Of a stretch of 58,994 nucleotides of DNA, positions 27,184-36,730 are shown piece by piece. The notes beneath the pieces are model-generated. The model was not told where the DNA came from. It made no database searches and saw only the letters and a program-made list of their open reading frames with translations. The DNA lies in the IMG/VR virus record IMGVR_UViG_3300045778_000157, positions 1 through 58,994 of that record; one strand, given 5' to 3'. Every line of letters begins with the position of its first letter. Positions within the stretch are counted from its first letter, which is position 1. Source of the DNA: a virus (Duplodnaviria; Caudoviricetes). The position numbers and the translations under genes are program-made.

Positions 27184-28578
27184 TCACTTCACGCGGTTGT
27201 GCAGAGCGGTCGGATAGCACCCCGACAACGCCTTCACGTCCTCCGCGAAGGCGTTGCGTTCCTCGGCGAGGGTCTGCACCTCCTTCACGAGGTCGGCCAA
27301 AGTGGCGCACTTGCCGTTCCGCCACCACTTGCCGTTCCGCCACCCCTTGCCGAACAGCGCGGCCTCAATGTCGCGGCGGAAGGCGTAGTTAACATCCTGC
27401 GCCACGCCGTCCACGATGAACGCCTTGATCTTGGCGATGGCGGCATTACTGACGGTTTCGACGTCGTTCACCGTCTCCATGCCGAGCGCGGCGCGCAGTT
27501 CAACCCACGCCTGATAGAACTTGCCGCCCTTCAACTTCATTGCGTCCCAATTGAAATGGGAGAAATAGCGGCCTGGCGTCAAAGGTTCGCCAGCACTATC
27601 CTCCCACCACTTGTTGAACTTGGCGATATCCTCGGCGGACGCCGCGCCAATCTCAACCGTGATGCTCTGCAACTCGCGCTCGGCCTTCAACCGCTTCATT
27701 ACGGCCACTGACGCGTCGAACACGTTTGCCCCGACCTTCCACTCGTTCGAGTCAGCGAACTCGGTGCAGAGGCATTCCTGAAGCTTCTCGAAGCCCTTCG
27801 AGTAATAGTCCTCGTTCGCCTTGAAGCTTTGCAGTGTGGACAGCGCGTTGACGAGGATGGGCGTCTCGGTGCTGTTCAAGCCCCTGTCGCGCAGCCACTT
27901 CCCGATTGCCGTGGTCTGCATGGAGAGGTTCGGAACCCTCTCATACTCTTCGGCGATCCGCAGCACCTGTCCCACCACGTCGTCCTCGCGCTCGTCCTCG
28001 CGCTGATCCACGTAGGATTGGAGACGCGACGTCACGCCTTCGAGTTTGTTACGGACGCCGGCGAGTTCCTGGAACAGTTCGCGCACCACGCGCACGGCGC
28101 CGGATCCGAGTTCCTCGCCCGCCTTGATCCGGCCGCGCAGTTCGTAGCCGATGGCCGTCAGGTCGTTCGCCGCGCCGTCGAACAGCGAGTGGAAGTGGAT
28201 CTTGAGGCGGTTGGCCTCTGTGAGTTCCGTCCGCAGTTCCACCCTCAGGCTGGTCTCGCTTCTCGCGATGGCGTCGAGGCGGGCATTCTCGGCCTTCAGT
28301 TCGGCAAGGACGCGCAGCGCGTGGTCTCCAATCGCCTCGCCGCGCTTCGGGCCACGGTCCTTGAAGCCCATGGCAAGCGTCCAGGAGAGCCGCTGCAAGG
28401 CCTCGTCGGGGCTTCCCTCAACGCCCTGTTCGACGCAGCGGCCTTCGAGTTCCGTCACCACGTCGCGCACGTGCTTGATAATGTCCAGGCGGTTGAGGTC
28501 CGCGTCGCCGATATGCTCGCACAACGCGCCGCGCAAATTCTCGAAAAACTGACGGTCGATCTTCATGCGATTAGCCAT
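27184..28578 (-). CDS. Large coiled-coil hypothetical protein
   Basis: 464-aa ORF with RBS ggaggg; visibly more A/T-ending codons than its neighbours. Confidence 0.75.
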   Translation of the reverse strand: MANRMKIDRQFFENLRGALCEHIGDADLNRLDIIKHVRDVVTELEGRCVEQGVEGSPDEALQRLSWTLAMGFKDRGPKRGEAIGDHALRVLAELKAENARLDAIARSETSLRVELRTELTEANRLKIHFHSLFDGAANDLTAIGYELRGRIKAGEELGSGAVRVVRELFQELAGVRNKLEGVTSRLQSYVDQREDEREDDVVGQVLRIAEEYERVPNLSMQTTAIGKWLRDRGLNSTETPILVNALSTLQSFKANEDYYSKGFEKLQECLCTEFADSNEWKVGANVFDASVAVMKRLKAERELQSITVEIGAASAEDIAKFNKWWEDSAGEPLTPGRYFSHFNWDAMKLKGGKFYQAWVELRAALGMETVNDVETVSNAAIAKIKAFIVDGVAQDVNYAFRRDIEAALFGKGWRNGKWWRNGKCATLADLVKEVQTLAEERNAFAEDVKALSGCYPTALHNRVK

Positions 28579-28645
28579 TTTGCCCTCCTGATTTCAACAA
28601 AACTGCAACCAATTCACGGGATAAATCCCAAAGCCCTGCTACGGA

Positions 28646-28924
28646 TCAGGCGACTTCGTTGCCCTCTTCGAGCCTCTTGCGAAAAGCGGCCACTTTATCG
28701 ACCTCCGCCTGAAGAATTCCGACGTCGTTGCTCATCATCCTCCCCACCGCCATTTTCGCGGCGATGAACCCGCTCCGCACCCCGTCCTTCGACAGGGCGA
28801 GTTGTTCTTCCGTGGCGTCGGGGTTGAACGCAAAGGCGCGCCTGTCGAGTTCGCCGGAGTTCTGCACCTCGTTGAGCCTGTCGAGGACGGACAGGATGAG
28901 TTCGTTGCGCTGCCTGTCGTTCAT
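28646..28924 (-). CDS. Hypothetical protein
   Basis: 92 aa from MNDRQRN; ATGA-coupled. Confidence 0.55.
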   Translation of the reverse strand: MNDRQRNELILSVLDRLNEVQNSGELDRRAFAFNPDATEEQLALSKDGVRSGFIAAKMAVGRMMSNDVGILQAEVDKVAAFRKRLEEGNEVA

Positions 28925-29367
28925 GCCAGTTTTCCTTTCAACGGATTGTCCACCGCGATTTCCTTCAGGGCTGATTCGATGGCCGCGAACACCCCGCGCC
29001 TGTCGAGGGCTTCGAGAAGCTTCGGCCCGCCGAGCCTGTCGAACAGGTGCGCCACGTGCATCGAGCGCACGTGTTCCTCGCCTTTGTAGACGACGCGCTC
29101 GGTCGCCTCCACGACGGGCATCCCGACCGCCAGAGCCACGGGAGGGTGCGAGGAACCGATGACGGTAAGCTTGAGGGACGCGCCCTGGACGAGCGCGATA
29201 ATGTCCGCCTCGTCCGCCGTCCACGCGCTGGTGAAGGCGTGGAGGCCGCTCTGGCCCTGATAGGGCTCGATCCTGACGGGGAGGCCCACGCACTTGCCCT
29301 GGGACTGATTCCAGTTCGGCGGCGCGCCGAGAACGGTGGTGTGGCCCTCGATCATTCCGCTCCGCAT
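28921..29367 (-). CDS. Conserved phage hypothetical protein
   Basis: LGAPPNW...CVGLPV...SAW...HPPV pattern; start inferred. Confidence 0.65.
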   Translation of the reverse strand: MRSGMIEGHTTVLGAPPNWNQSQGKCVGLPVRIEPYQGQSGLHAFTSAWTADEADIIALVQGASLKLTVIGSSHPPVALAVGMPVVEATERVVYKGEEHVRSMHVAHLFDRLGGPKLLEALDRRGVFAAIESALKEIAVDNPLKGKLA

Positions 29368-29479
29368 CTGTCCGCCTCCCGCGTGGCCTTGGCGAGGCGC
29401 CAAGCCTGTTTCACGATTTCCTTGTGGGTGTCGAACCGCGCCGCAACCTCCAACGCCGTGCCGGAGCCATCGACCCTGA

Positions 29480-29782
29480 TTATCGCCCGCCTCCGAGTTT
29501 CCGCGTCACGCACTGCTTCGACACGCCGATCTCGGCGGCGATCTTGGCGTGGGACAGGCCCGCCGCCCGCAACTCCCGCGCCTTGTCCCAATCCGCCTTG
29601 AACCTGTAGGAGTTGCCGACGCGCTCCGGCCTCGGGCCGAGGGCGATGCCGCGCACCGCGCCACGCACCGCCGTGATGGAGACGGCGAGCCGTTCGGCGA
29701 TGACGCGAAGGACGATGCCCTCGGTCCTCATCCGCCTCGCCTCTTCGTGATCGAACCGTTTCTCCACCGCGACGTCCTCCAT
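29480..29782 (-). CDS. Double HTH DNA-binding protein
   Basis: LRVIAERLAVSITAV and SHAKIAAEIGVSKQCV; start inferred. Confidence 0.65.
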   Translation of the reverse strand: MEDVAVEKRFDHEEARRMRTEGIVLRVIAERLAVSITAVRGAVRGIALGPRPERVGNSYRFKADWDKARELRAAGLSHAKIAAEIGVSKQCVTRKLGGGR

Positions 29783-29860
29783 GCCGCACCATAGGCACGG
29801 TGATTCGAACGGGTCGATCCACTTATTGAAAAAAGGTTGCCACGATTCTTCAAATAGGGC

Positions 29861-29889
29861 TTGCGAACGTCTAATATTAGGCGTATGGT
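29861..29889 (+). promoter_or_regulatory. Sigma70-like promoter with palindromic operator
   Basis: TTGCGA-N17-TATGGT; the spacer holds GTCTAATATTAGGC. Confidence 0.7.
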
Positions 29890-29937
29890 TAACAAATCGG
29901 GGGTTGCCAAGAACCGCCGCACCAAGGGAACCAGCCA

Positions 29938-30444
29938 ATGTCCACCTTCTACGTCCTCCCCACCCTCACCGTCTCCAAGGACGGAACCTTCGTCTCCCCC
30001 ATCGCGCTCGTCGTCGAAGCCGCGATCAAGGACGGCCTCGAAAAGGTCGCCAAGAACGCCAAGGCCGCTGCCGAGGCGATGAACTCCGAGACGGCGCGCC
30101 GCACCGGAGCCATCCTGATCGCCCTGTCCGCCGCCAAGTCCACCCTCTCCCTCTCGCCCGCCGACGACGAACTGAAGACCATCGTGTCCGTCCTCGAACA
30201 GGCCAAACAGGCGAACGCCGCGAAGTATTTCGACGCCGCCGCCGTCCTGTTCGTCGTCATCGCGCCAGTCGCGGTGTGGTGGCCCGAACTCGTCCTCTAC
30301 CCAGTCGGGATCGCCGCCCTCGCCGCCGTCGGCCTCGGCTCCATCCTCCTGCCGTTCGCGCTGCGCCACCCGTTCTTCTCCTACGACATGGGCCGAAGGG
30401 CTCTCAGGGGCCGCGCCAGGAAGGTGCGCGCCAACAGGGGCTGA
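29938..30444 (+). CDS. Hypothetical membrane protein (early)
   Basis: 168 aa with two C-terminal TM helices; RBS agggaa. Confidence 0.7.
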   Translation: MSTFYVLPTLTVSKDGTFVSPIALVVEAAIKDGLEKVAKNAKAAAEAMNSETARRTGAILIALSAAKSTLSLSPADDELKTIVSVLEQAKQANAAKYFDAAAVLFVVIAPVAVWWPELVLYPVGIAALAAVGLGSILLPFALRHPFFSYDMGRRALRGRARKVRANRG

Positions 30445-30470
30445 CAACGCCGCACCCGTCCACGACGCTT

Positions 30471-30500
30471 CAGGGCCGTTCACAGCGGCCCTTTTCTTTC
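30471..30500 (+). terminator. Intrinsic terminator
   Basis: agggccg-ttcacag-cggccct followed by TTTCTTT. Confidence 0.7.
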
Positions 30501-30705
30501 GCCCTTCCCGTCCTGCACCCGACGTCGAACGCCCCATCCACGGGCCGTCCTGCGCGAAAATAAACGCCATCCCCGTCCATCGCCTCGCCGCGAAAATCCG
30601 ATCCAGCTTCCTACGTTAGTCCACCCCGTGTCCTTCCGTGAAACCCACGTTTCACAAGCCTTGCCGCCGTTGCGAAAAATCTTCGCCTCCATGGTTAAAA
30701 AACCG

Positions 30706-30739
30706 TTGACACTCCCCGAAACAACGCCTAATTTTATAC
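30706..30739 (+). promoter_or_regulatory. Sigma70-like promoter with operator variant
   Basis: TTGACA-N17-TAATTT; GCCTAATTTTATAC overlaps the -10. Confidence 0.65.
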
Positions 30740-30786
30740 CATCGACGAAGATTCCACGTCGTGATTCTTGCACAAGGGAACCCGCC

Positions 30787-31011
30787 ATGTCCGCCATCCA
30801 CGTCACCTTCGAAACCAAGGTCGGGGAGCGCACCGTGCCCGCCGACTCCGCCCTCGCCCTCGCCATGGCCGTCGCCTCGCGCCACGCCCCCGCCGTCGTC
30901 GAGGTGACGGTCGGCGGCAATCCGCTGTCCGCCCTCGACCTGTCGTTCTTCCTGCTGCTGGCCCAGTCCGGCGCCGCCGCCAAGGCCGCGAAGATCCTCG
31001 CCGCCTACTGA
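30787..31011 (+). CDS. Small hypothetical protein
   Basis: 74 aa from MSAIHV with RBS agggaa. Confidence 0.6.
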   Translation: MSAIHVTFETKVGERTVPADSALALAMAVASRHAPAVVEVTVGGNPLSALDLSFFLLLAQSGAAAKAAKILAAY

Positions 31012-31064
31012 CGCCAACGGGGAGGCTCCAAGGCCTCCCCACCCGCCCCAAGGGAACAACCGCC

Positions 31065-33311
31065 ATGCCGATCCTTCTCCAGCACGACCCCGCCAAGCCG
31101 GCCTTCTTCGTCAAGTTCCCCGCGCCCTGCCCCGAGAGGGACGTGGTCAAGTCCTGTGGCTTCCGCTTCGACGGGGCCACCGCCTCGTGGGTCGGCCGCG
31201 CCGCCGACGCGGTGAGGCTGATCGCCAGGGGCGGCGTCGAGGTGGCCGAGTCCGCCGCCGATGTGCTGCGCGCCGCCCAGCGGCAAGCCGCCGAGTCCGA
31301 GCGCGCCAAGGCCGCGAACATAGCCGCCTCATTCGCCGCGACGTCCGTCGACGCCATCCCGCTCGGCGCCGGCGCCGTCGCGGCGGGCCACGACTTCCTG
31401 CCCTACCAGAAGGCGGGGATCGCCTACGCCGCCGGAAAGAAGGCGGTGCTAATCGCCGACGAAATGGGCCTTGGCAAGACGCCGCAGAGCGTCGGCATCG
31501 CCAACCTAGACCTGTCCTGCCGGAAAATCCTGATCGTCTGCCCCGCCTCGCTCAAGGGCAACTGGCGGCGCGAGTGGCTGAAGTGGGACGCCAAGGGACT
31601 CTCCGTCGCCATCGCCGAGGGGCAGAAGCCGTGGCCGTGCCTCGCCGACGTGGTGGTGGTCAACTACGATATCGTCGAACGCTTTCGGGCCGAGATCGAC
31701 GCGACACATTGGCACATGCTCGTCATGGACGAGTGCCACATGGTCAAGAACGCCAAGGCCCAGCGCACCCGCGCCGTGTTCCGCCGCCCCGAGAAGCGCG
31801 AGAAGGGCAAGCCGATGGTCCCGGGCCGCGCCGCGATCCAAGCCGACCGCGTCGTGCTGCTGACGGGAACCCCGATCCTCAACCGCCCAATCGAAATGTT
31901 CCCGATGCTGGAGCGCATCGACCCCGAAGGCCTCGGCGCCAACTTCATGGCCTTCGCCAAGCGGTATTGCGACGCCGAAATGGGCCGCTTCGGCTGGGAC
32001 TTCTCCGGCGCGTCGAACCTCGAAGAACTGCAAGAGCGGCTGCGCGGCTCGGTGATGGTGCGGCGCCTGAAGGCGGACGTGCTCACCGAACTTCCGCCCA
32101 AGCGGCGCCAGCTGATGCCGCTCGACCGCGCCGAGTCGAAGAACCTGAAGGCCGCCATCGCAGCGCTGGAGTCCGAGGACGAGGCCCACGCCACGGCCAT
32201 CGCCGAGGCCATGGCGAAGGCCGAACTCGCCAAGGCCTCCGGCGAGGACGCCTACCGCGCCGCCGCCGCCACCCTCGCCGACACGCGCAAGGTGGCGTTC
32301 GAGGACATGGCCCGCGCCCGCTACGTCCTCGCCGTCGCCAAGGCGCCCGTGGTGGCCGAGCGCATCGCCGACCTGCTGGCGGAAGACCCCGCGATGAAGA
32401 TCGTGGTGATGGCCCACCACGGCGACGTGGTCCGCGTCCTGCGCGAGAAGTTGCAGAAGTTCGGCTGCGCCGAGGTGACGGGAAAGACCCCCGTGCCGAA
32501 CCGCCAGGGCGAGTGCGACAGGTTCCAAACAGACAAGTCCTGCCGCGTGTTCCTCGGCACCATCCGCGCCGCCGGCGTCGGCCTCACCCTCACCGCCGCG
32601 CACGTCGTCGCCTTCGTCGAGTTGGACTGGGTGCCGGGCAACGTCTCTCAGGCCGAGGACAGGTGCCACCGCATCGGCCAGCGCGACTCCGTCCTCGTCT
32701 GGCACTTCGTGGTCGACGATTCGCTGGACAGCCGCATGGTGGCGACCCTCGTCGAAAAACAGTCCGTCGCCGACGCGGCGTTGAACAACCTCGACCCGTC
32801 GTCCGTGGCCGTCGCCGGGGAAGCCCCGCTCGATTCGTTCGACGTGGTCTCCGACGTCGCGGTCGCCGCAGAGGAAGCGCGCCTCGCCGCCGCCGCGGAC
32901 CACAGGGAGGGCCTCGCGGCGGACGGACGCGCCCGCATCGTCGCGGAGAGGGCGCGGAACGCCGAGCGCGCCCGCGCCGAGACAGCCCACCGCCGCGTGT
33001 CGCCGCGCGCCGCCACCATGGGCCTGTCGGGCGAACAGCTGGACAGGGAGGGCGAGGCCATGTCGCCGGCGCAGCGCGAGACCGCCATGGACGCGGTGCG
33101 CGCCCTCGCCGCCTCCGACAAGGATTTCGCCAACCTGTTGAACGACACGGGCTTCAGCAAGGCGGACGTGTTCCTCGGCCACAGCATCGCCAGGCTGCAC
33201 CCGTCCGAACTCAACGCGGCGCACCACGCCATCGCCCGCCGCCTCGTCGTCAAATACCGCCGCCAGCTGCCGGCGCACGTCGTCGATCTCGTCGCCGCCG
33301 AGGCCGCGTGA
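31065..33311 (+). CDS. SNF2-family helicase (SMARCAL1/HARP-like)
   Basis: ADEMGLGKT, DECH, LTGTP, GVGLTL, QAEDRCHRIGQ; start at MPILLQ. Confidence 0.92.
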   Translation: MPILLQHDPAKPAFFVKFPAPCPERDVVKSCGFRFDGATASWVGRAADAVRLIARGGVEVAESAADVLRAAQRQAAESERAKAANIAASFAATSVDAIPLGAGAVAAGHDFLPYQKAGIAYAAGKKAVLIADEMGLGKTPQSVGIANLDLSCRKILIVCPASLKGNWRREWLKWDAKGLSVAIAEGQKPWPCLADVVVVNYDIVERFRAEIDATHWHMLVMDECHMVKNAKAQRTRAVFRRPEKREKGKPMVPGRAAIQADRVVLLTGTPILNRPIEMFPMLERIDPEGLGANFMAFAKRYCDAEMGRFGWDFSGASNLEELQERLRGSVMVRRLKADVLTELPPKRRQLMPLDRAESKNLKAAIAALESEDEAHATAIAEAMAKAELAKASGEDAYRAAAATLADTRKVAFEDMARARYVLAVAKAPVVAERIADLLAEDPAMKIVVMAHHGDVVRVLREKLQKFGCAEVTGKTPVPNRQGECDRFQTDKSCRVFLGTIRAAGVGLTLTAAHVVAFVELDWVPGNVSQAEDRCHRIGQRDSVLVWHFVVDDSLDSRMVATLVEKQSVADAALNNLDPSSVAVAGEAPLDSFDVVSDVAVAAEEARLAAAADHREGLAADGRARIVAERARNAERARAETAHRRVSPRAATMGLSGEQLDREGEAMSPAQRETAMDAVRALAASDKDFANLLNDTGFSKADVFLGHSIARLHPSELNAAHHAIARRLVVKYRRQLPAHVVDLVAAEAA

Positions 33312-33589
33312 TGGCGCGCCACTTCGCCACGGCCACCCTCCACGACGTCGAACACCCGATCTACGTCCGGGACGACGGCTCCCTGATCTGCGATTGGCCG
33401 GACGGCGACCTCACCGACCTGTCCGCCGACGATTCGGACTCGGACGAAAGGATCGCCCGCGCCTTCCTCAACGAGGCGTTCTGCGTCGTCCGTGAAATGG
33501 ACCACTCTCTCGTCTCGCCTTACGGGCTTGAATCCGCCGTCTCCGCCCTGTGGGCCGAGGTCGTCATCACAAGGGTAGAAACACCATGA
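33311..33589 (+). CDS. Hypothetical protein
   Basis: 92 aa from MARHFA; coupled to both neighbours. Confidence 0.6.
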   Translation: MARHFATATLHDVEHPIYVRDDGSLICDWPDGDLTDLSADDSDSDERIARAFLNEAFCVVREMDHSLVSPYGLESAVSALWAEVVITRVETP

Positions 33590-35220
33590 ACTACGTCAGC
33601 GTATGCAGCGGGATCGAGGCCTGTTCGGTCGCATGGAAGAGCCTCAAGGGATGGAAGCTGTTCGGGGTGGCCGAGATCGCGCCGTTCCAGGCCAACCTCC
33701 TGAAGGCCAAGTATCCCAAGGCGATGAACTGGGGCGACTTCACGAAAATCCCGGGCCACGAGGCCGAATACGACCTTCTCGTCGGCGGCACCCCGTGCCA
33801 GTCCTACTCCGTGGCGGGCTCCCGCGGCGGCAAGGACGACCCTCGCGGCAACCTCGCCTTCGAGTTCGTCCGCCTCGCCGACCGCATCGACACGGGCCGC
33901 AAGTGGCGGAAGAAGGAGGGCGGAGCCGTGCTGTGGGAGAACGTCCCGGGCGTCCTCACCATGGATGACAACGCCTTCGGCTGCTTCGTCGCCGACCTCG
34001 CCGGCGTGGAGGAGCCCTTCGTCGGGCCGAGGAAGAAGCCGGACGGCAAGGCGCCGTCGTGGACGGACTGCGGCTTCGTCGTCGGCCCGCGCCGCGCCGT
34101 GGTCTGGCGCGTCCTCAACGCCCGCCACTTCGGGGTCGCCCAACGCCGCTCCCGCGTGTTCGTGTTCGCGGCGCCGGCCGCAAACGCCCAGGCCGTCCTC
34201 TCCACCCTCATCGAGGGCGACACCCTGCTTTGCGAGGCGCACGAACCCGCCGCCGGGGCCGAATGGGAGCGGCGCGCCAAGGGCTTCGCCCACGTGTCGC
34301 ACCAGCACGGGTGCCAGATCGTCTGCTACGCCCCGTCGAAGAAGCCGACGCTGCTGCCGCTGATCGTCGGGAGCCAGCCCGCCGACCCAGTCCGCGCCGT
34401 CCTCGCCGACGTCCTGCAAGCCGACGCGCACGCCAAATACGCCCTCTCAGCCGATGGCTGTCAGGGCGTACTCAACCGCTCGGAGCGGCGCGCCAAGTCA
34501 ATGCCTCCGCTGCTGCGCTGGGTGCTTGAGTGCCAGGCCAATGGCGTTCCCGCGCTGTCTGTCGTGCGCGCCGGAGACCCGCGCTTCGACGGCATGGCCT
34601 TCAAGCCGAACCAGTCCTCGTCCGCCCGCAGCGACGGCGTGGAGATCGGCGTCTCCCCGACGCTGGAGACGGCGAGCGGCGGCAACAACGTACCAGCCGT
34701 CCTCGAAGGATTCCGCTTCTTCAAGAGCCGCGACTTCGGAGAATATGCGGATGACGCCATCGCCTCCACGGTCATGGCGCAAGCCTCCACCCTCACCCAC
34801 CGCGCCGCCGTTGAGTCGTCAGACCTCGTCTGCACCGCCGGCGACGTCAGCGGCACCCTGTGCGCGTCCGGTGCCGGACTCGACCGCGCAGCGGGACAGG
34901 GCAACGAGGTGGATTTCATCGTCGGACAGGGCAACGAGGTGGTCTACAGGTGGCGGGTGCGGCGGCTGACGCCGACAGAGGCCGAGCGGCTCCAGGGATT
35001 CAAGGACGGGTGGACCGACGTTCCCTTCCTCGGCAAGCCCGCGTCCGACACGAGGCGTTATTCAGCGATCGGAAATTCCATGGCCGTGCCGGTCATGCGC
35101 TGGATCGGGGAGCGCATCGAGGCGCGCTACGGCGAGCATCGCGCCGTCCGCGAAAAGCCCGCCAAGCCGCCGAGGAAAATAGTGCCGACCCTGTTCGATT
35201 TCCTCGTCGAAGTCGCTTGA
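33586..35220 (+). CDS. C5-cytosine DNA methyltransferase
   Basis: SVCSGIEA, GGTPCQ, WENVPG, QRRSRVF, RRLTPTEAERLQGF, GNSMAV. Confidence 0.93.
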   Translation: MNYVSVCSGIEACSVAWKSLKGWKLFGVAEIAPFQANLLKAKYPKAMNWGDFTKIPGHEAEYDLLVGGTPCQSYSVAGSRGGKDDPRGNLAFEFVRLADRIDTGRKWRKKEGGAVLWENVPGVLTMDDNAFGCFVADLAGVEEPFVGPRKKPDGKAPSWTDCGFVVGPRRAVVWRVLNARHFGVAQRRSRVFVFAAPAANAQAVLSTLIEGDTLLCEAHEPAAGAEWERRAKGFAHVSHQHGCQIVCYAPSKKPTLLPLIVGSQPADPVRAVLADVLQADAHAKYALSADGCQGVLNRSERRAKSMPPLLRWVLECQANGVPALSVVRAGDPRFDGMAFKPNQSSSARSDGVEIGVSPTLETASGGNNVPAVLEGFRFFKSRDFGEYADDAIASTVMAQASTLTHRAAVESSDLVCTAGDVSGTLCASGAGLDRAAGQGNEVDFIVGQGNEVVYRWRVRRLTPTEAERLQGFKDGWTDVPFLGKPASDTRRYSAIGNSMAVPVMRWIGERIEARYGEHRAVREKPAKPPRKIVPTLFDFLVEVA

Positions 35221-35250
35221 CACGTGCAATATTAGAGTCTAATTTTAGAC
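35217..35250 (+). promoter_or_regulatory. Sigma70-like promoter with operator
   Basis: TTGACA-N17-TAATTT; GTCTAATTTTAGAC at 35237-35250 plus an upstream AATATTAGA half-site. Confidence 0.7.
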
Positions 35251-35279
35251 CATTGCAAGCGAACACGGGGAACACGAAC

Positions 35280-35648
35280 ATGGCGCGCACCTTCCTCAAG
35301 TCCAACGGCAACATCGACATGGGCGCCGTCCTGCGCCGCTCCTGGGAGATCGCCAAGCTCCAGGCCTCCCGCGAATACTGGGTGAAGCACACCCCCGCCA
35401 CCGTGTTCGCCAAGTTCCGCGCCGAACTGGTGTTCGTGCTGCGCGAGGCCCGCGCCGAGAAGCGCAACAGGGCCATCATCGCCAAGGCCACGGCCGAACA
35501 GGAGGCCGCGTGGGCCGCGCAGGGGCCGCTCCCCGTCCGCGTCGAGACCGAGGCCGACCGCGGCTATTCGGACGCCTGGGTGTCCTTCCAGTGCTCCACG
35601 GACGGCGCGCTGGACTATTCCAAGGCGCCGAACCGCGCCGACTTCTGA
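35280..35648 (+). CDS. Hypothetical early protein
   Basis: 122 aa from MARTFL with RBS. Confidence 0.65.
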   Translation: MARTFLKSNGNIDMGAVLRRSWEIAKLQASREYWVKHTPATVFAKFRAELVFVLREARAEKRNRAIIAKATAEQEAAWAAQGPLPVRVETEADRGYSDAWVSFQCSTDGALDYSKAPNRADF

Positions 35649-35672
35649 AACCACGAACCGAAGGAACCCACG

Positions 35673-35885
35673 ATGGGAAAACGCCACGCCGACGCCACAA
35701 CGATCAACGCGGAGACCCTCGCCGCCCTGCGCGAAAAACTCGGCCTCACCAAGGAAGGCATGGCCCGCGCCCTCGGCGTGTCGCGCCAGTCCTACTTCGA
35801 CTACGAGGACGGTACCCGCCCCGCCCCTCCCTATCTGCGCCTCGCCGCCGCCGCGCTGAAGGCCGGCCTCAAGCCCCTGGAGTGA
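35673..35885 (+). CDS. XRE-family HTH regulator
   Basis: LREKLGLTKEGMARALGVSRQSYFDYEDG. Confidence 0.85.
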   Translation: MGKRHADATTINAETLAALREKLGLTKEGMARALGVSRQSYFDYEDGTRPAPPYLRLAAAALKAGLKPLE

Positions 35886-35890
35886 GCCAC

Positions 35891-36112
35891 ATGCCCGCCA
35901 TCGAACTCGACGTGGAGGATCTCCACCGCGCCGCCTACCACCTCCACGGGACGGCGCGCCGCTACGAAACCGCCGCCGACGACAACGCCGCGTCCGGGAA
36001 CGCCGCCTATCTGAGGTCCGAGGCCGAGAGGCTGCGCGCCCTCGCCTGGGCGTTCGACGCGGCCATCGCCGACCACCTGAAGGCCATCTGCATCGAAGGG
36101 ATGAAGCCGTGA
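35891..36112 (+). CDS. Hypothetical protein
   Basis: 73 aa from MPAIEL. Confidence 0.5.
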   Translation: MPAIELDVEDLHRAAYHLHGTARRYETAADDNAASGNAAYLRSEAERLRALAWAFDAAIADHLKAICIEGMKP

Positions 36113-36717
36113 TCATGTCCTCCCGCGACCTCTCCGCCTTCCTGCGCGACATGGTGGACCTGCACGGCGGCGCGAAAAACCTCGCCAAGAGCCTGAAGGT
36201 CACCACAGCCGCCGTCGAACACTCGTCGGCCACCGGCCGGCCGAGCGCGAGCATCATGGCGCGGCTCGGCATCGGCTTCGCCAAGTCCTCCGGCGAATAC
36301 GTCATGGGCGCGCTGCCGGAGTTCTGGCACGTCACCGAAATGCCGACCTCGCGCCGCATCGCCGAACTGGAGGGCCAGAACGCCGCGCTGAGGGAGCGGA
36401 TCGCCGAACTGGAGGCGAAGGCGCGGGCGGGCGAAAATGAGCCTCCCGCGCCCGTCCTGGAGGCCCAGCCCTCCGCCGCGAGGGTGAAGCGCGCCTATCG
36501 GAGAAAGGCCGCGCCGCCGACGCCCGTCGCCGAGGCGCGTGTCGAGATTCCACCGCCCGAGTCCGTGACGCGCTTCGACGTCGCTCGGGTGGTGGGGGAG
36601 TGCGGCGGGACGGGAAAATTCTCGCGCCGCTACAAGATCTCGGAAGCCGACGTCGTCGCCGTCATCCGCAACAGGGCGAAGCCTGATTCAAGGTTCGCCA
36701 ACATCCTCGAAAACTGA
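36109..36717 (+). CDS. Hypothetical protein with HTH-like ends and a coiled coil
   Basis: GGAKNLAKSLKVT and GGTGKFSRRYKIS Cro-like segments; RIAELE repeats. Confidence 0.6.
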   Translation: MIMSSRDLSAFLRDMVDLHGGAKNLAKSLKVTTAAVEHSSATGRPSASIMARLGIGFAKSSGEYVMGALPEFWHVTEMPTSRRIAELEGQNAALRERIAELEAKARAGENEPPAPVLEAQPSAARVKRAYRRKAAPPTPVAEARVEIPPPESVTRFDVARVVGECGGTGKFSRRYKISEADVVAVIRNRAKPDSRFANILEN

Positions 36718-36730
36718 AGGGAAAACGGAC

